Source of the DNA: Bacteroidota bacterium
GTDB lineage: Bacteria > Bacteroidota > Bacteroidia > Palsa-965
Reading direction: 5' to 3'
NCBI GenBank assembly: GCA_021299855.1
Contig: JAJTEY010000013.1
Coordinates: forward strand, 490 to 64,489
Length of the DNA stretch: 64,000 nucleotides
Part shown: piece by piece, positions 37,993 to 46,549 of the stretch
Layout of the letters: each line of letters starts with the position of its first letter
Position numbering within the stretch: position 1 is the first letter of the stretch
Notes under the pieces: model-generated
What the model saw: the letters and a program-made list of their open reading frames with translations, nothing else
Database searches by the model: none
Told to the model about the DNA's origin: nothing
Position numbers and translations under genes: made by a program

Positions 37993-38559
37993 CTATTTTT
38001 TCAAATTCATTTTCGTGCTTAGCTGATCGACGAACGCGTTTACTTTAGGTGATAACGTATCATACGAAGCACGTGATTCGATAAACAATTTCGGCAAGTT
38101 TAATGATCCCTGATACAACGCGTTTACCTGCATCTTCTCAGCTGCCATTGCCCCTTCCAAATTAACACTTTTGTCCAGCGTATTATTTTTTAAATCGTGC
38201 TCGAAATCATTCAAGTTTTTCATCACGGAATCTACCAACGCCGCGTTCTGCACCACACCGGATTGAATTAATCGTAACTGCTTGCGCAACTGCTTATATT
38301 CCGATAAGTACAAGCCGGTTTTGAAATCCAACGTATCGCCCATTTTATCAATATTAATTTGAATGAACTGCATGTTGTTATGCATTTCATCATGGCGAGT
38401 TTTTACTTCATCAATATTCACTACTGCCAAAACACTATCCGTTTGAGCCAATACGTGTTTCAGGCTATCGATAGTTTTCAATTCGGCCTCATGCGCAGGT
38501 CCTTTGCAGGATACACCAAGTAATGCGATAATTACTCCTAAACCTAACTGCTTCATCAC
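37993..38559 (-). CDS. Lipoprotein, unknown function (helical)
   Basis: Lipobox MMKQLGLGVIIALLGVSC. 188 aa. Confidence 0.6.
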   Translation of the reverse strand: MMKQLGLGVIIALLGVSCKGPAHEAELKTIDSLKHVLAQTDSVLAVVNIDEVKTRHDEMHNNMQFIQINIDKMGDTLDFKTGLYLSEYKQLRKQLRLIQSGVVQNAALVDSVMKNLNDFEHDLKNNTLDKSVNLEGAMAAEKMQVNALYQGSLNLPKLFIESRASYDTLSPKVNAFVDQLSTKMNLKK

Positions 38560-38567
38560 TTTTCGAA

Positions 38568-39839
38568 TTAATTGATTTTGTCAAATCCTGTGTAAGGAAC
38601 CAACACTTTAGGAATACGAATTCCGTCCGGCTCCTGATTATTTTCCAGCAATGCTGCAACGATACGCGGCAATGCCAATGCACTTCCATTCAAGGTGTGC
38701 GCCAGACGAGGTTTTTCACTGCCTTCACGGTAACGCAATTTCAAGCGATTACTTTGAAATGCTTCGAAGTTGGAAACGGAACTTACTTCCAGCCAACGTT
38801 GCTGTGCTGCGGAGAACACTTCCATATCATACGTTTGAGCAGAAGCAAAACTCATATCGCCACCGCACAACAACAACGTACGGAAGGGCAATTCGAGATC
38901 CTTCAATAATCCTGCTACGAATTCACGCATTTCTTCCAGCGTCTGATACGACTTATCGGGATGTTGAATCTGTACAATTTCGACTTTATCAAACTGATGC
39001 AAACGATTTAATCCGCGAACATCTTTACCGTATGATCCGGCCTCGCGACGGAAACATGGAGTGTAACCACAGTTTTTAATCGGAAGATCTTCGGCCTTTA
39101 CTATCACATCGCGATAAATATTGGTAATCGGAACTTCAGCTGTTGGAATGAGGTACAAATCGTCCACCGTAACATGATACATCTGCCCTTCTTTATCCGG
39201 CAACTGGCCTGTTCCAAATCCGGAATCGGCATTTACCAAAATTGGCGGTTGCACTTCAAGATAACCTGCGGCCGTGGCACGATCAAGGAAGAAGTTAATG
39301 AGCGCGCGCTGCAAACGTGCGCCTTTACCTTTATAAACGGGAAAACCGGCACCGGTAAGTTTAACGCCCAATTCAAAATCAATCAAATCATACTTGGCAG
39401 CTAAATCCCAATGCGGCTGTGCGCCTTCGTAAAGCGCTGGAATATCACCGTGAGTGAAAACTGTTTTGTTGTCTTCCGGCAAACGGCCTTCAGGTACTAC
39501 ATCTGCAGGCAAATTTGGCACTAATACCAACAACTTTTCGAGTTCTGCTTCCGCTGCATTGAGTCGTTCCTGCAATGCTTTTTCGGTTTCTTTCAGTGCA
39601 GTGCTTTTGTTTTTGAGATCTTCTGCTTCCGCCTTTTTTCCCGACTTCATCATTTCACCGATTTGTTTCGCAATGGCGTTGGCATCTGCCTTCAACGAAT
39701 CCAATTCAGTTTGAGTACTGCGACGATCAGCGTCAGTTTGTACAATCTGATCTATAATTTCTAATCCTTTAAATTTTTTCTTGGCTAAGCGGCGAACAAC
39801 TTCTTCTTTGTTTTCGCGAATAACTTGAATCTGAAGCAT
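38568..39839 (-). CDS. serS: Seryl-tRNA synthetase
   Basis: An N-terminal coiled-coil arm is followed by class II motifs (...YLIPTAEVP...FRREAGS...HQFDKVE...GSALALPR). Confidence 0.95.
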   Translation of the reverse strand: MLQIQVIRENKEEVVRRLAKKKFKGLEIIDQIVQTDADRRSTQTELDSLKADANAIAKQIGEMMKSGKKAEAEDLKNKSTALKETEKALQERLNAAEAELEKLLVLVPNLPADVVPEGRLPEDNKTVFTHGDIPALYEGAQPHWDLAAKYDLIDFELGVKLTGAGFPVYKGKGARLQRALINFFLDRATAAGYLEVQPPILVNADSGFGTGQLPDKEGQMYHVTVDDLYLIPTAEVPITNIYRDVIVKAEDLPIKNCGYTPCFRREAGSYGKDVRGLNRLHQFDKVEIVQIQHPDKSYQTLEEMREFVAGLLKDLELPFRTLLLCGGDMSFASAQTYDMEVFSAAQQRWLEVSSVSNFEAFQSNRLKLRYREGSEKPRLAHTLNGSALALPRIVAALLENNQEPDGIRIPKVLVPYTGFDKIN

Positions 39840-39859
39840 AACTATATCTGAATATAAGG

Positions 39860-39867
39860 CAAAGTTA
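39860..39867 (-). promoter_or_regulatory. -7 promoter box (TAnnTTTG) for serS
   Basis: The minus strand reads TAACTTTG, 20 nt before ATG 39839. Confidence 0.45.
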
Positions 39868-39885
39868 ACGATAACCCGACAGGTC

Positions 39886-39918
39886 TAAAACAAAAACACC
39901 CACATTGCTGTGGGTGTT
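39886..39918 (-). terminator. Rho-independent terminator after rpmA
   Basis: A perfect 10-bp stem AACACCCACA/TGTGGGTGTT with a 4-nt loop is followed on the minus strand by TTTGTTTT. Confidence 0.85.
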
Positions 39919-39940
39919 TAAAAACTTAGGGCAATACAGA

Positions 39941-40201
39941 TTACGCGTTGAAAGGTTCAATCGACACGTATGATCTGTCATCACGACGCTTCGTGAACTT
40001 TACTGTTCCATCAACCAATGCAAACAAAGTATGGTCTTTACCCATTCCTACGTTTGATCCGGGATAGTGCACAGTTCCGCGCTGACGAACAATAATATTA
40101 CCTGCGATAGCCAACTGACCACCGTAGATCTTAACGCCAAGTCGCTTACTTTCTGATTCGCGGCCGTTCTTTACTTTACCTTCACCTTTTTTGTGTGCCA
40201 T
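39941..40201 (-). CDS. rpmA: 50S ribosomal protein L27
   Basis: [29 protein letters not shown]...[10 protein letters not shown]. Confidence 0.95.
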   Translation of the reverse strand: MAHKKGEGKVKNGRESESKRLGVKIYGGQLAIAGNIIVRQRGTVHYPGSNVGMGKDHTLFALVDGTVKFTKRRDDRSYVSIEPFNA

Positions 40202-40221
40202 GGTATTATCTTATTAAAAGG

Positions 40222-40752
40222 TTAATCTTCCTTTTTCTTACGGGTTGTTTTTTTCGCTGCTGCTTTTTTAGCGGGAGCCGCCTTTTCAGCAGGTGCTTTT
40301 TTCTTTGGTGCTTCTTCTACCTCAGCTTCTGCAGTCGCATCAGCGAATACTTTCTTTGAAGGCTTTGCAGCAGAACGTGCTTTCAATTCCAAAATAGAAG
40401 CAGCCTCAATCTTAGCATCATCTGCAGACAATTTCTCGCCTTTGCCTAAAATGCCCTGAATCAACAACTCGGTAAGTTGCTGACGGTGGCCGTTCAACTT
40501 TTGGTAACCTTTGCGACGCTTCTTCTTGAAGACAATCACTTTATCACCTTTTAAATGTGACAACACTTTAGCTGCCACACGTGCACCATCAATTTCAGGT
40601 GCTCCAACGGTAATTTTACCGTTGTTGTCGATAAGAAGTACTTTGCCCAATTCAATGGCGCTTCCTTCTGTAGCCTCGAGGCGGTGCACAAAAACACGTT
40701 GTTTTTTTGCCACTTTGTACTGGAGCCCGGCTATTTCTACAATTGCGTACAT
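40222..40752 (-). CDS. rplU: 50S ribosomal protein L21 with a C-terminal Ala/Lys/Pro/Glu-rich extension of about 70 aa
   Basis: [14 protein letters not shown]...[22 protein letters not shown] is the canonical L21 core (about 105 aa). It is followed by ...AKPSKK...[29 protein letters not shown]. Confidence 0.9.
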   Translation of the reverse strand: MYAIVEIAGLQYKVAKKQRVFVHRLEATEGSAIELGKVLLIDNNGKITVGAPEIDGARVAAKVLSHLKGDKVIVFKKKRRKGYQKLNGHRQQLTELLIQGILGKGEKLSADDAKIEAASILELKARSAAKPSKKVFADATAEAEVEEAPKKKAPAEKAAPAKKAAAKKTTRKKKED

Positions 40753-40888
40753 GTTTGACTTTTATTGAGTTAATATTCCCTTAAGGGGACGCGAAGATAA
40801 GAAGAAAAATAACGAACGCGCATATTTAATGGCGAAAATCCGTAAGGTCAATTGCCTAATTATTGATTTTCAAGCAATTACACTATAA

Positions 40889-42238
40889 TTAAACTGCCAA
40901 TTGCGCCAAAATCGCCTGCTCCACTTCCGGAGAATTCCAATTCGTTTCAATATTCGGAATCTCACGCATTACACGTTGCATTACGGCTTCTTGTCTGTTG
41001 CCTTCCATCAGCGCTGTTGAATAGCGAATATCCGGACGGAATGTAACCATAGTATACAGCGGAATCCATTTATCGGGATGCTTTTCGCTAAACCAGGCTT
41101 CGATTTTCTTCTGCAACAAAAACTTGGGATCTGCAGTGCGATCACGCATTTCCACAAAGTTGGCTACTGCCAGATCAGCGATCGCGTCACCATCAGGTTT
41201 GCGACTTAATTCATACGCCTTGAATACTTTTTCCAGATCGTCTCCGAATTGACTCAAATAATCATCCATCACCACGCAATCTTCAAAGCCGCAGTTCATG
41301 CCTTGTCCATAGAAAGGAACAATTGCATGAGCAGCATCTCCGATCATCGCGAATTTGTTTTTATACGTCCACGGCCAGCACTTTACAATACTTAAGGATG
41401 ACGTCGGATTCGAAAAATATTCTTCCTTCAATGCTGGCATCAGATCCACCGCATCGGGAAAGGTTTTCATGAAGAAATCCAACATCTTCTGTTCAGTATT
41501 TAGAGATGCAAATGAAACATCGCCTTCAAAAGGAAAGAACAACGTACATGTAAACGACTTATCCATGTTAGGCAGCGCTATCAACATAAACTGCCCGCGC
41601 GGCCAAATGTGCAACCCTTTCGGATCCATGGCAAAATCACCACTTGCTGTTGGTGGAATCGTCAATTCTTTATAGCCGTGTTGCAAATATTTTTGCGCAT
41701 AGTCGAAACGATCTGTTGCGAGTTGCATTTGCAATCGCCCGGCAGAAAACGCTCCATCAGTAGAAAATATAACATCGTTTTGCACTACTGATTTTACATG
41801 TGTCTCCGTATTTTCAAAATGCGCTGTTGCCGATTCCAAATCAACATTCGTGCAACGCTCGTTGTACTGAATTTTCACACCATGCTGCTCCGCCAAATCC
41901 ATCAACACACAATTCAAACCGCCACGACTTACCGACCAAATCGCTTGTCCCTCTTTACCGTAGGGTTGCGTAACAATACTGCGATCCTGATGATGAATAA
42001 TTCTTCCGGGCATCGGTAACGCCACTTTCTTAATCTCCTCTCCGATACCCACACGCTCCAATCCTCTCCATCCTCTATCGCTTAACGCCAAATTGATGGA
42101 GCGTCCTGCCGAAATACGATTCTTGCGTAAATCAGGTCGACGTTCGTACACGGTAACTTGATAACCGCGCTTGCTTAAATAGATGGACAACAACGAACCT
42201 ACCAATCCGGCTCCGATTAATGTTACTGACTTACCCAT
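40889..42238 (-). CDS. kmo: Kynurenine 3-monooxygenase (FAD-dependent)
   Basis: The start is at MGKSVTLIGAGLVGSLLSIYLSKRGYQVTVYERRPD (dinucleotide fold). Also present: ...GRSINLALS.RG, GDAAHAIVPFYGQGMNCGFED. About 449 aa. The ORF-track N-terminal extension overlaps kynU. Confidence 0.85.
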   Translation of the reverse strand: MGKSVTLIGAGLVGSLLSIYLSKRGYQVTVYERRPDLRKNRISAGRSINLALSDRGWRGLERVGIGEEIKKVALPMPGRIIHHQDRSIVTQPYGKEGQAIWSVSRGGLNCVLMDLAEQHGVKIQYNERCTNVDLESATAHFENTETHVKSVVQNDVIFSTDGAFSAGRLQMQLATDRFDYAQKYLQHGYKELTIPPTASGDFAMDPKGLHIWPRGQFMLIALPNMDKSFTCTLFFPFEGDVSFASLNTEQKMLDFFMKTFPDAVDLMPALKEEYFSNPTSSLSIVKCWPWTYKNKFAMIGDAAHAIVPFYGQGMNCGFEDCVVMDDYLSQFGDDLEKVFKAYELSRKPDGDAIADLAVANFVEMRDRTADPKFLLQKKIEAWFSEKHPDKWIPLYTMVTFRPDIRYSTALMEGNRQEAVMQRVMREIPNIETNWNSPEVEQAILAQLAV

Positions 42239-42248
42239 TGCACTACTA

Positions 42249-43532
42249 TTATTTAGATGAAACTTGTTGCATACATTCTTCCAGACGTTGACCAAACTTC
42301 CAGATATCCATAAACGAATTGTACATCGGAACCGGCGCCAGCCTGATAACATTCGGTTCACGCCAATCCGGAACTACACCATTGTGTATTAATGTTTCGA
42401 ATAAATTTTTACCGAATCCCTTCGCCACAATACTCAGCTGGCAACCTCTCCAACGCTTATCCCGCGGTGTAATAATTTCCAACACCCCATTGTTTCGCGC
42501 ACTGATATCATCAATAACCAATTCCAGAAAAGCAGTTAATGCCTCACTTTTTTTACTCAGCGCGTCCATGCCTACTTCATCAAACAAATCTAACGCCGCT
42601 TTGTGCGCAGCCATCGACAAAACAGGAGCATTACTCAATTGCCAACCTTCGGCTCCGGGCACAGGAACAAATCCTTTCTCCATTTTGAAGCGTTGGGTTT
42701 TGTCGTGTCCCCACCAACCTGCCAAACGCGGTAAATTGCTGTGTGCATGACGTTCGTGAACAAAAGCGCCGGCCACACTTCCCGGACCGCTGTTCAAATA
42801 TTTATAACTGCACCAACACGCGAAATCAACCTGCCAATCGTGCAAGCTCATTTTTATGTTTCCGGCTGCATGCGCTAAATCAAATCCTGCATACGCGCCG
42901 GCGCAATGTGCAGCTTTCGTAATTGTTGACATGTCAAATACCTGACCGGTATAATAGTTAACACCGCCGATAAACACTAACGCCAATTCATCTTTGTGTT
43001 GCTCAATTGCCGACAATATATCTTCGGTATGAATCAGGTACTCGCCTGTGCGCGGAGCAATTTCTATTACGGCATCTTCATACTGGTAGCCGTGCCATTC
43101 CACCTGCGTTTGAACTGCGTATTGGTCGGAAGGAAAGGCTTTAAACTCAGTAATGATCTTGTAGCGCTTTTTGTCCGGACGATAAAATGACGCCATTAAA
43201 AAATGAACGTTGGAGGTCAGCTGATTCATGGCAACAACCTCAATCGGCAATGCACCCACAACACGAGCCAATCCGTCCGTCAAATTTTCATGGTACGAAT
43301 ACCAAGGGTGTTTGGCACGAAAATGACCTTCAACGCCAAACATCGCCCAGTCATTCAATTCCTGTTCAATATGAGCACGCGTAGATTTAGGCTGCAACCC
43401 CAACGAATTGCCCGTAAAGTACAACACGTCTTCTCCATTAAATTGGGGAAAATGATAACGGGAACGAATCGATGATAACGCATCGTGCTCGTCACAATAT
43501 TTGGCGTAATCTGAACTATTTGTCGGATGCAT
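42249..43532 (-). CDS. kynU: Kynureninase
   Basis: 427-aa PLP enzyme (...YFTGNSLGLQPK...DFACWCSYKYLNSGPG...GWWGH). Confidence 0.9.
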   Translation of the reverse strand: MHPTNSSDYAKYCDEHDALSSIRSRYHFPQFNGEDVLYFTGNSLGLQPKSTRAHIEQELNDWAMFGVEGHFRAKHPWYSYHENLTDGLARVVGALPIEVVAMNQLTSNVHFLMASFYRPDKKRYKIITEFKAFPSDQYAVQTQVEWHGYQYEDAVIEIAPRTGEYLIHTEDILSAIEQHKDELALVFIGGVNYYTGQVFDMSTITKAAHCAGAYAGFDLAHAAGNIKMSLHDWQVDFACWCSYKYLNSGPGSVAGAFVHERHAHSNLPRLAGWWGHDKTQRFKMEKGFVPVPGAEGWQLSNAPVLSMAAHKAALDLFDEVGMDALSKKSEALTAFLELVIDDISARNNGVLEIITPRDKRWRGCQLSIVAKGFGKNLFETLIHNGVVPDWREPNVIRLAPVPMYNSFMDIWKFGQRLEECMQQVSSK

Positions 43533-43551
43533 GGTTTTAATTGTAAAAGGT

Positions 43552-43559
43552 CAAAAATA
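43552..43559 (-). promoter_or_regulatory. -7 promoter box (TAnnTTTG) for kynU-kmo
   Basis: The minus strand reads TATTTTTG, 19 nt before ATG 43532. Confidence 0.45.
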
Positions 43560-43620
43560 GCAACATCAGCGAATGATGGAACTGACAGGTGTCATATCTC
43601 GTTCTCTGCCGCGAATTCGG

Positions 43621-43628
43621 TATTTTTG
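43621..43628 (+). promoter_or_regulatory. -7 promoter box (TAnnTTTG) for hemL
   Basis: TATTTTTG lies 21 nt before ATG 43650. Confidence 0.45.
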
Positions 43629-43649
43629 ACCGCATTAATTTAAACTCGT

Positions 43650-44942
43650 ATGAAAACAAGTCGTTCGGAACAGTTGTTTGAAAAAGCGAAATCGTATTTC
43701 CCGGGAGGCGTTAACTCACCGGTGCGTGCATTTCGTTCTGTGGGTGGCACTCCTCGATTTATCGCTAAAGGAAAAGGTTCGCGCATTTGGGATGCAGACG
43801 GTAACGAGTTTATTGATTACTGCTGCTCATGGGGACCGCTGATTCTGGGACATGCGCCGAATGCAGTTGTGGACGCGGTGTGTACAGCCGTTGCTGAAGG
43901 AAGTTCGTTCGGGGCACCTACCGCAAAGGAGAACGAACTTGCGGAATTGATTTTATCCAACAACCCGTTTATTGAAAGAATTCGTTTCGTGAGTTCGGGC
44001 ACGGAAGCCGTAATGAGCGCTATTCGCCTGGCTCGTGGTTATACCGGGAAAAATAAAATATTAAAATTCGAAGGTTGTTATCACGGTCACGTCGACTCCT
44101 TGCTCGTCAAAGCGGGATCTGGTTTAGTCACATTCGGAAATACTTCTTCAGCCGGTATTCCGGAAGCTTTTGTCAATGAAACTATCGTGGTTTCATTAGA
44201 TAATGAAACTGCGGTAGAAGAAGCCTTCGCAGAATTCGGTCAGGATATTGCTTGTGTAATTATCGAACCGGTTCCTGCCAATAATGGTTTGCTGTTGCAA
44301 CGCGCTGAATTCATGCATTTCTTGCGAAATATCTGCAACGAATACAAAAGTTTGCTGCTTTTCGATGAAGTCATTTCCGGATTCCGTGTAGGATTTACAG
44401 GCGCTGCAGGATATTACCAAATACAGCCCGACATCATCACTTACGGAAAGATTATTGGTGGTGGCTTGCCTGTTGGTGCGTATGGCGGCAGAAAAGAAAT
44501 CATGAGTTGTATTTCGCCGGAAGGGAACGTATATCAGGCGGGAACACTGAGTGGAAATCCTGTTGCAATGAGTGCTGGAATTGCACAACTGACGGCATGT
44601 TTGAGAAGCAATTTTTACCAGGAGCTGGAACAGAAATGTTCAACGTTGTGCGATGCGGTTAATGAGCATGCCAGGAAGAAAGCTTATGCATTTAAGATGC
44701 ATCAAATTGGTTCCATCTTTTGGATTGCATTCTCCAATGCAGAACACATTCGCACTGCTGAAGCAATCGATCCGAATAGCATGAGTTTTTTCCGCACCAT
44801 GTATCACGCCTTGTTAGAACGCGGCATTTATATGGGTCCTTCGGGATACGAAGTTGGTTTTGTATCTGAAGCACATACTACCGAAGATCTTCAAACAACG
44901 ATCGTGGCAATGTGTGAAGCACTTGACTTAGCGCACCAATAA
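43650..44942 (+). CDS. hemL: Glutamate-1-semialdehyde 2,1-aminomutase
   Basis: Motifs SEQLFEKAKSYFPGGVNSPVRAF, VSSGTEA, DEVISGFR and GKIIGGGLPVGAYGG. Confidence 0.95.
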   Translation: MKTSRSEQLFEKAKSYFPGGVNSPVRAFRSVGGTPRFIAKGKGSRIWDADGNEFIDYCCSWGPLILGHAPNAVVDAVCTAVAEGSSFGAPTAKENELAELILSNNPFIERIRFVSSGTEAVMSAIRLARGYTGKNKILKFEGCYHGHVDSLLVKAGSGLVTFGNTSSAGIPEAFVNETIVVSLDNETAVEEAFAEFGQDIACVIIEPVPANNGLLLQRAEFMHFLRNICNEYKSLLLFDEVISGFRVGFTGAAGYYQIQPDIITYGKIIGGGLPVGAYGGRKEIMSCISPEGNVYQAGTLSGNPVAMSAGIAQLTACLRSNFYQELEQKCSTLCDAVNEHARKKAYAFKMHQIGSIFWIAFSNAEHIRTAEAIDPNSMSFFRTMYHALLERGIYMGPSGYEVGFVSEAHTTEDLQTTIVAMCEALDLAHQ

Positions 44943-45821
44943 CAAAGCGATTCCGAGCACTACCAATAGTCCATCGAGTACGGCAACGTAGTACCACTCT
45001 GTGCGATCAGGCGCAGCGCGCAATAATTGCCAAATGGCAATGATGGTCCACACGAACTCTATGATTAACATCGGAAAGAAGGAGGTTTTGTTACCGGAAA
45101 AATACCACGTTAGCATTGCAAACAGCATCAGAGCTGTTATCACCATAATGATGGCAATTCGAATAGCGGCCCTGTTCCCAATAACTTGAGGCAGTGTTAG
45201 GAGTTTTCCCTGCTCTATGGAAGCATCGCGAATATCGAAGGGAATGGTAAGCGCTGTACATTGCAAGGCTACGGTTAAGGGCCACAACAACAGCGTCAAA
45301 ATATCATATTGATGCAACCACAACAAGGGTACAAATGCTGTTACATAAGACCAAACGATGCCAACCAAAAAAACTTTGATCAAAGGCACATCTCGCAAAC
45401 GAACAAAATTGCCGTTCAGCGGAATGATGGGCACTGCATAAGCGAATGCCGGAACAACCGCCGGTGCGACTGTCCACCAAGAAACAGGTAATGGCGTAAG
45501 CCACAGCAGCAATCCGCCAAGCAGCCCTGCCCCAAGTACTAAGCATAACAATGCGATACGATTATGGTATATCCATTCGTGACGTTCGCTTCGTGTCAGA
45601 TCAATATCCTGTTCACGAAATGCAATGATCAATCGTTGCAAATTATACAAAACGAAAGCCGACAAAGCTGCCAAGGCTGCATATCGCCACGATCGAACAC
45701 CGCCGAATACGTGAAACGTAGCCATCGACAACACGAGAGCGACTAAAGCGATATGGAAGTTTGCATAAAACCAGATTCGGACTAGTTTTTTGCCTGTAGT
45801 TATCTGATCAGTTGACACCAT
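44928..45821 (-). CDS. Polytopic membrane protein, unknown function (a weak UbiA-like impression only)
   Basis: About 8 hydrophobic helices. The start was taken at ATG 45821 (MVSTDQ); the ORF-track start at 45842 is TTG. The 3' end overlaps hemL convergently by 15 nt. Confidence 0.55.
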   Translation of the reverse strand: MVSTDQITTGKKLVRIWFYANFHIALVALVLSMATFHVFGGVRSWRYAALAALSAFVLYNLQRLIIAFREQDIDLTRSERHEWIYHNRIALLCLVLGAGLLGGLLLWLTPLPVSWWTVAPAVVPAFAYAVPIIPLNGNFVRLRDVPLIKVFLVGIVWSYVTAFVPLLWLHQYDILTLLLWPLTVALQCTALTIPFDIRDASIEQGKLLTLPQVIGNRAAIRIAIIMVITALMLFAMLTWYFSGNKTSFFPMLIIEFVWTIIAIWQLLRAAPDRTEWYYVAVLDGLLVVLGIALLLVR

Positions 45822-46455
45822 TGATGATGGCCGAAGTTGCAAATCCCGCTACCATGCCTGCACCACCTGCGATCAGCGTACGAAACATTCTGCGTTTGCG
45901 GGCTTCACGTTCATAACCCATCAGGTAAGTTTCGTATTTCAAAAAATTGGGATTGCTCACAGCGCCCGGACGAATATTCACCCGAAAAGCTGTTGTGGCA
46001 CCACCGTAAACAAACGGAGGTAAAAACATCAAAAAACTTTGTGTGTATCCGCCGGCTGCACCAAATGCAAACGCACCAATCGTTGCCCACGGACATTTAT
46101 AGTGTTTTCGCGCATCACGCTCACCACGCATATACATGCGCATTTCATTCGGTGTAAAAAAGTTACCGAATAGGGTATCTTGCCGATACATAACCGACTC
46201 CTTCGCTGTTTTTCCGTCCACAACTGAAAACACCAATTCGTTGTCCACATAATCCACGCGGTAATCGTCTTTCCCTTTGGGTATAGCAATTTTGAGACGA
46301 TCGCCCGTCGTATCCTGTACATAGCCGGTAATGATTTTTCCGCTCATCAGGTAAATAGAATCCAAAGGATTAGCTACTTGTGCTGTTAGTTTTTGAGCGA
46401 ACAAATACAGGAGGATAACTGTTAAAAATCGGATCATGTGAACAGAGTAAGGCAT
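45808..46455 (-). CDS. Secreted/membrane protein, unknown function
   Basis: Signal-like ...MIRFLTVILLYLFAQKLTAQ and two Gly-rich hydrophobic segments near the C-terminus. The start could be 46455 or 46437. Confidence 0.55.
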   Translation of the reverse strand: MPYSVHMIRFLTVILLYLFAQKLTAQVANPLDSIYLMSGKIITGYVQDTTGDRLKIAIPKGKDDYRVDYVDNELVFSVVDGKTAKESVMYRQDTLFGNFFTPNEMRMYMRGERDARKHYKCPWATIGAFAFGAAGGYTQSFLMFLPPFVYGGATTAFRVNIRPGAVSNPNFLKYETYLMGYEREARKRRMFRTLIAGGAGMVAGFATSAIINGVN

Positions 46456-46506
46456 AAAGATAAATAAAGTGTGAAGACGGACATGATTTGCCCGTATCAG
46501 AATAGT

Positions 46507-46514
46507 TATCTTTG
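46507..46514 (+). promoter_or_regulatory. -7 promoter box (TAnnTTTG) for gcvP
   Basis: TATCTTTG lies 35 nt before ATG 46550. Confidence 0.45.
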
Positions 46515-46549
46515 CATCCTTAATTTAATACACACACATAACACATTTT

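Noticed and set aside
40775-40800. CCCTTAAGGG palindrome upstream of rplU as a possible L21-leader-like element
   Set aside because: Only a 3-bp stem is possible once a loop is allowed, and there is no resemblance to known ribosomal-protein leaders.
42239-42361. 41-codon N-terminal extension of the kynurenine 3-monooxygenase ORF
   Set aside because: It overlaps the kynU 3' end. The FAD dinucleotide-binding motif starts right after the internal Met at 42238.
46456-46549. Possible glycine riboswitch upstream of gcvP
   Set aside because: The predicted leader after the -7 box is only about 35 nt and A/C-rich with no paired structure. That is far too short for a glycine aptamer.
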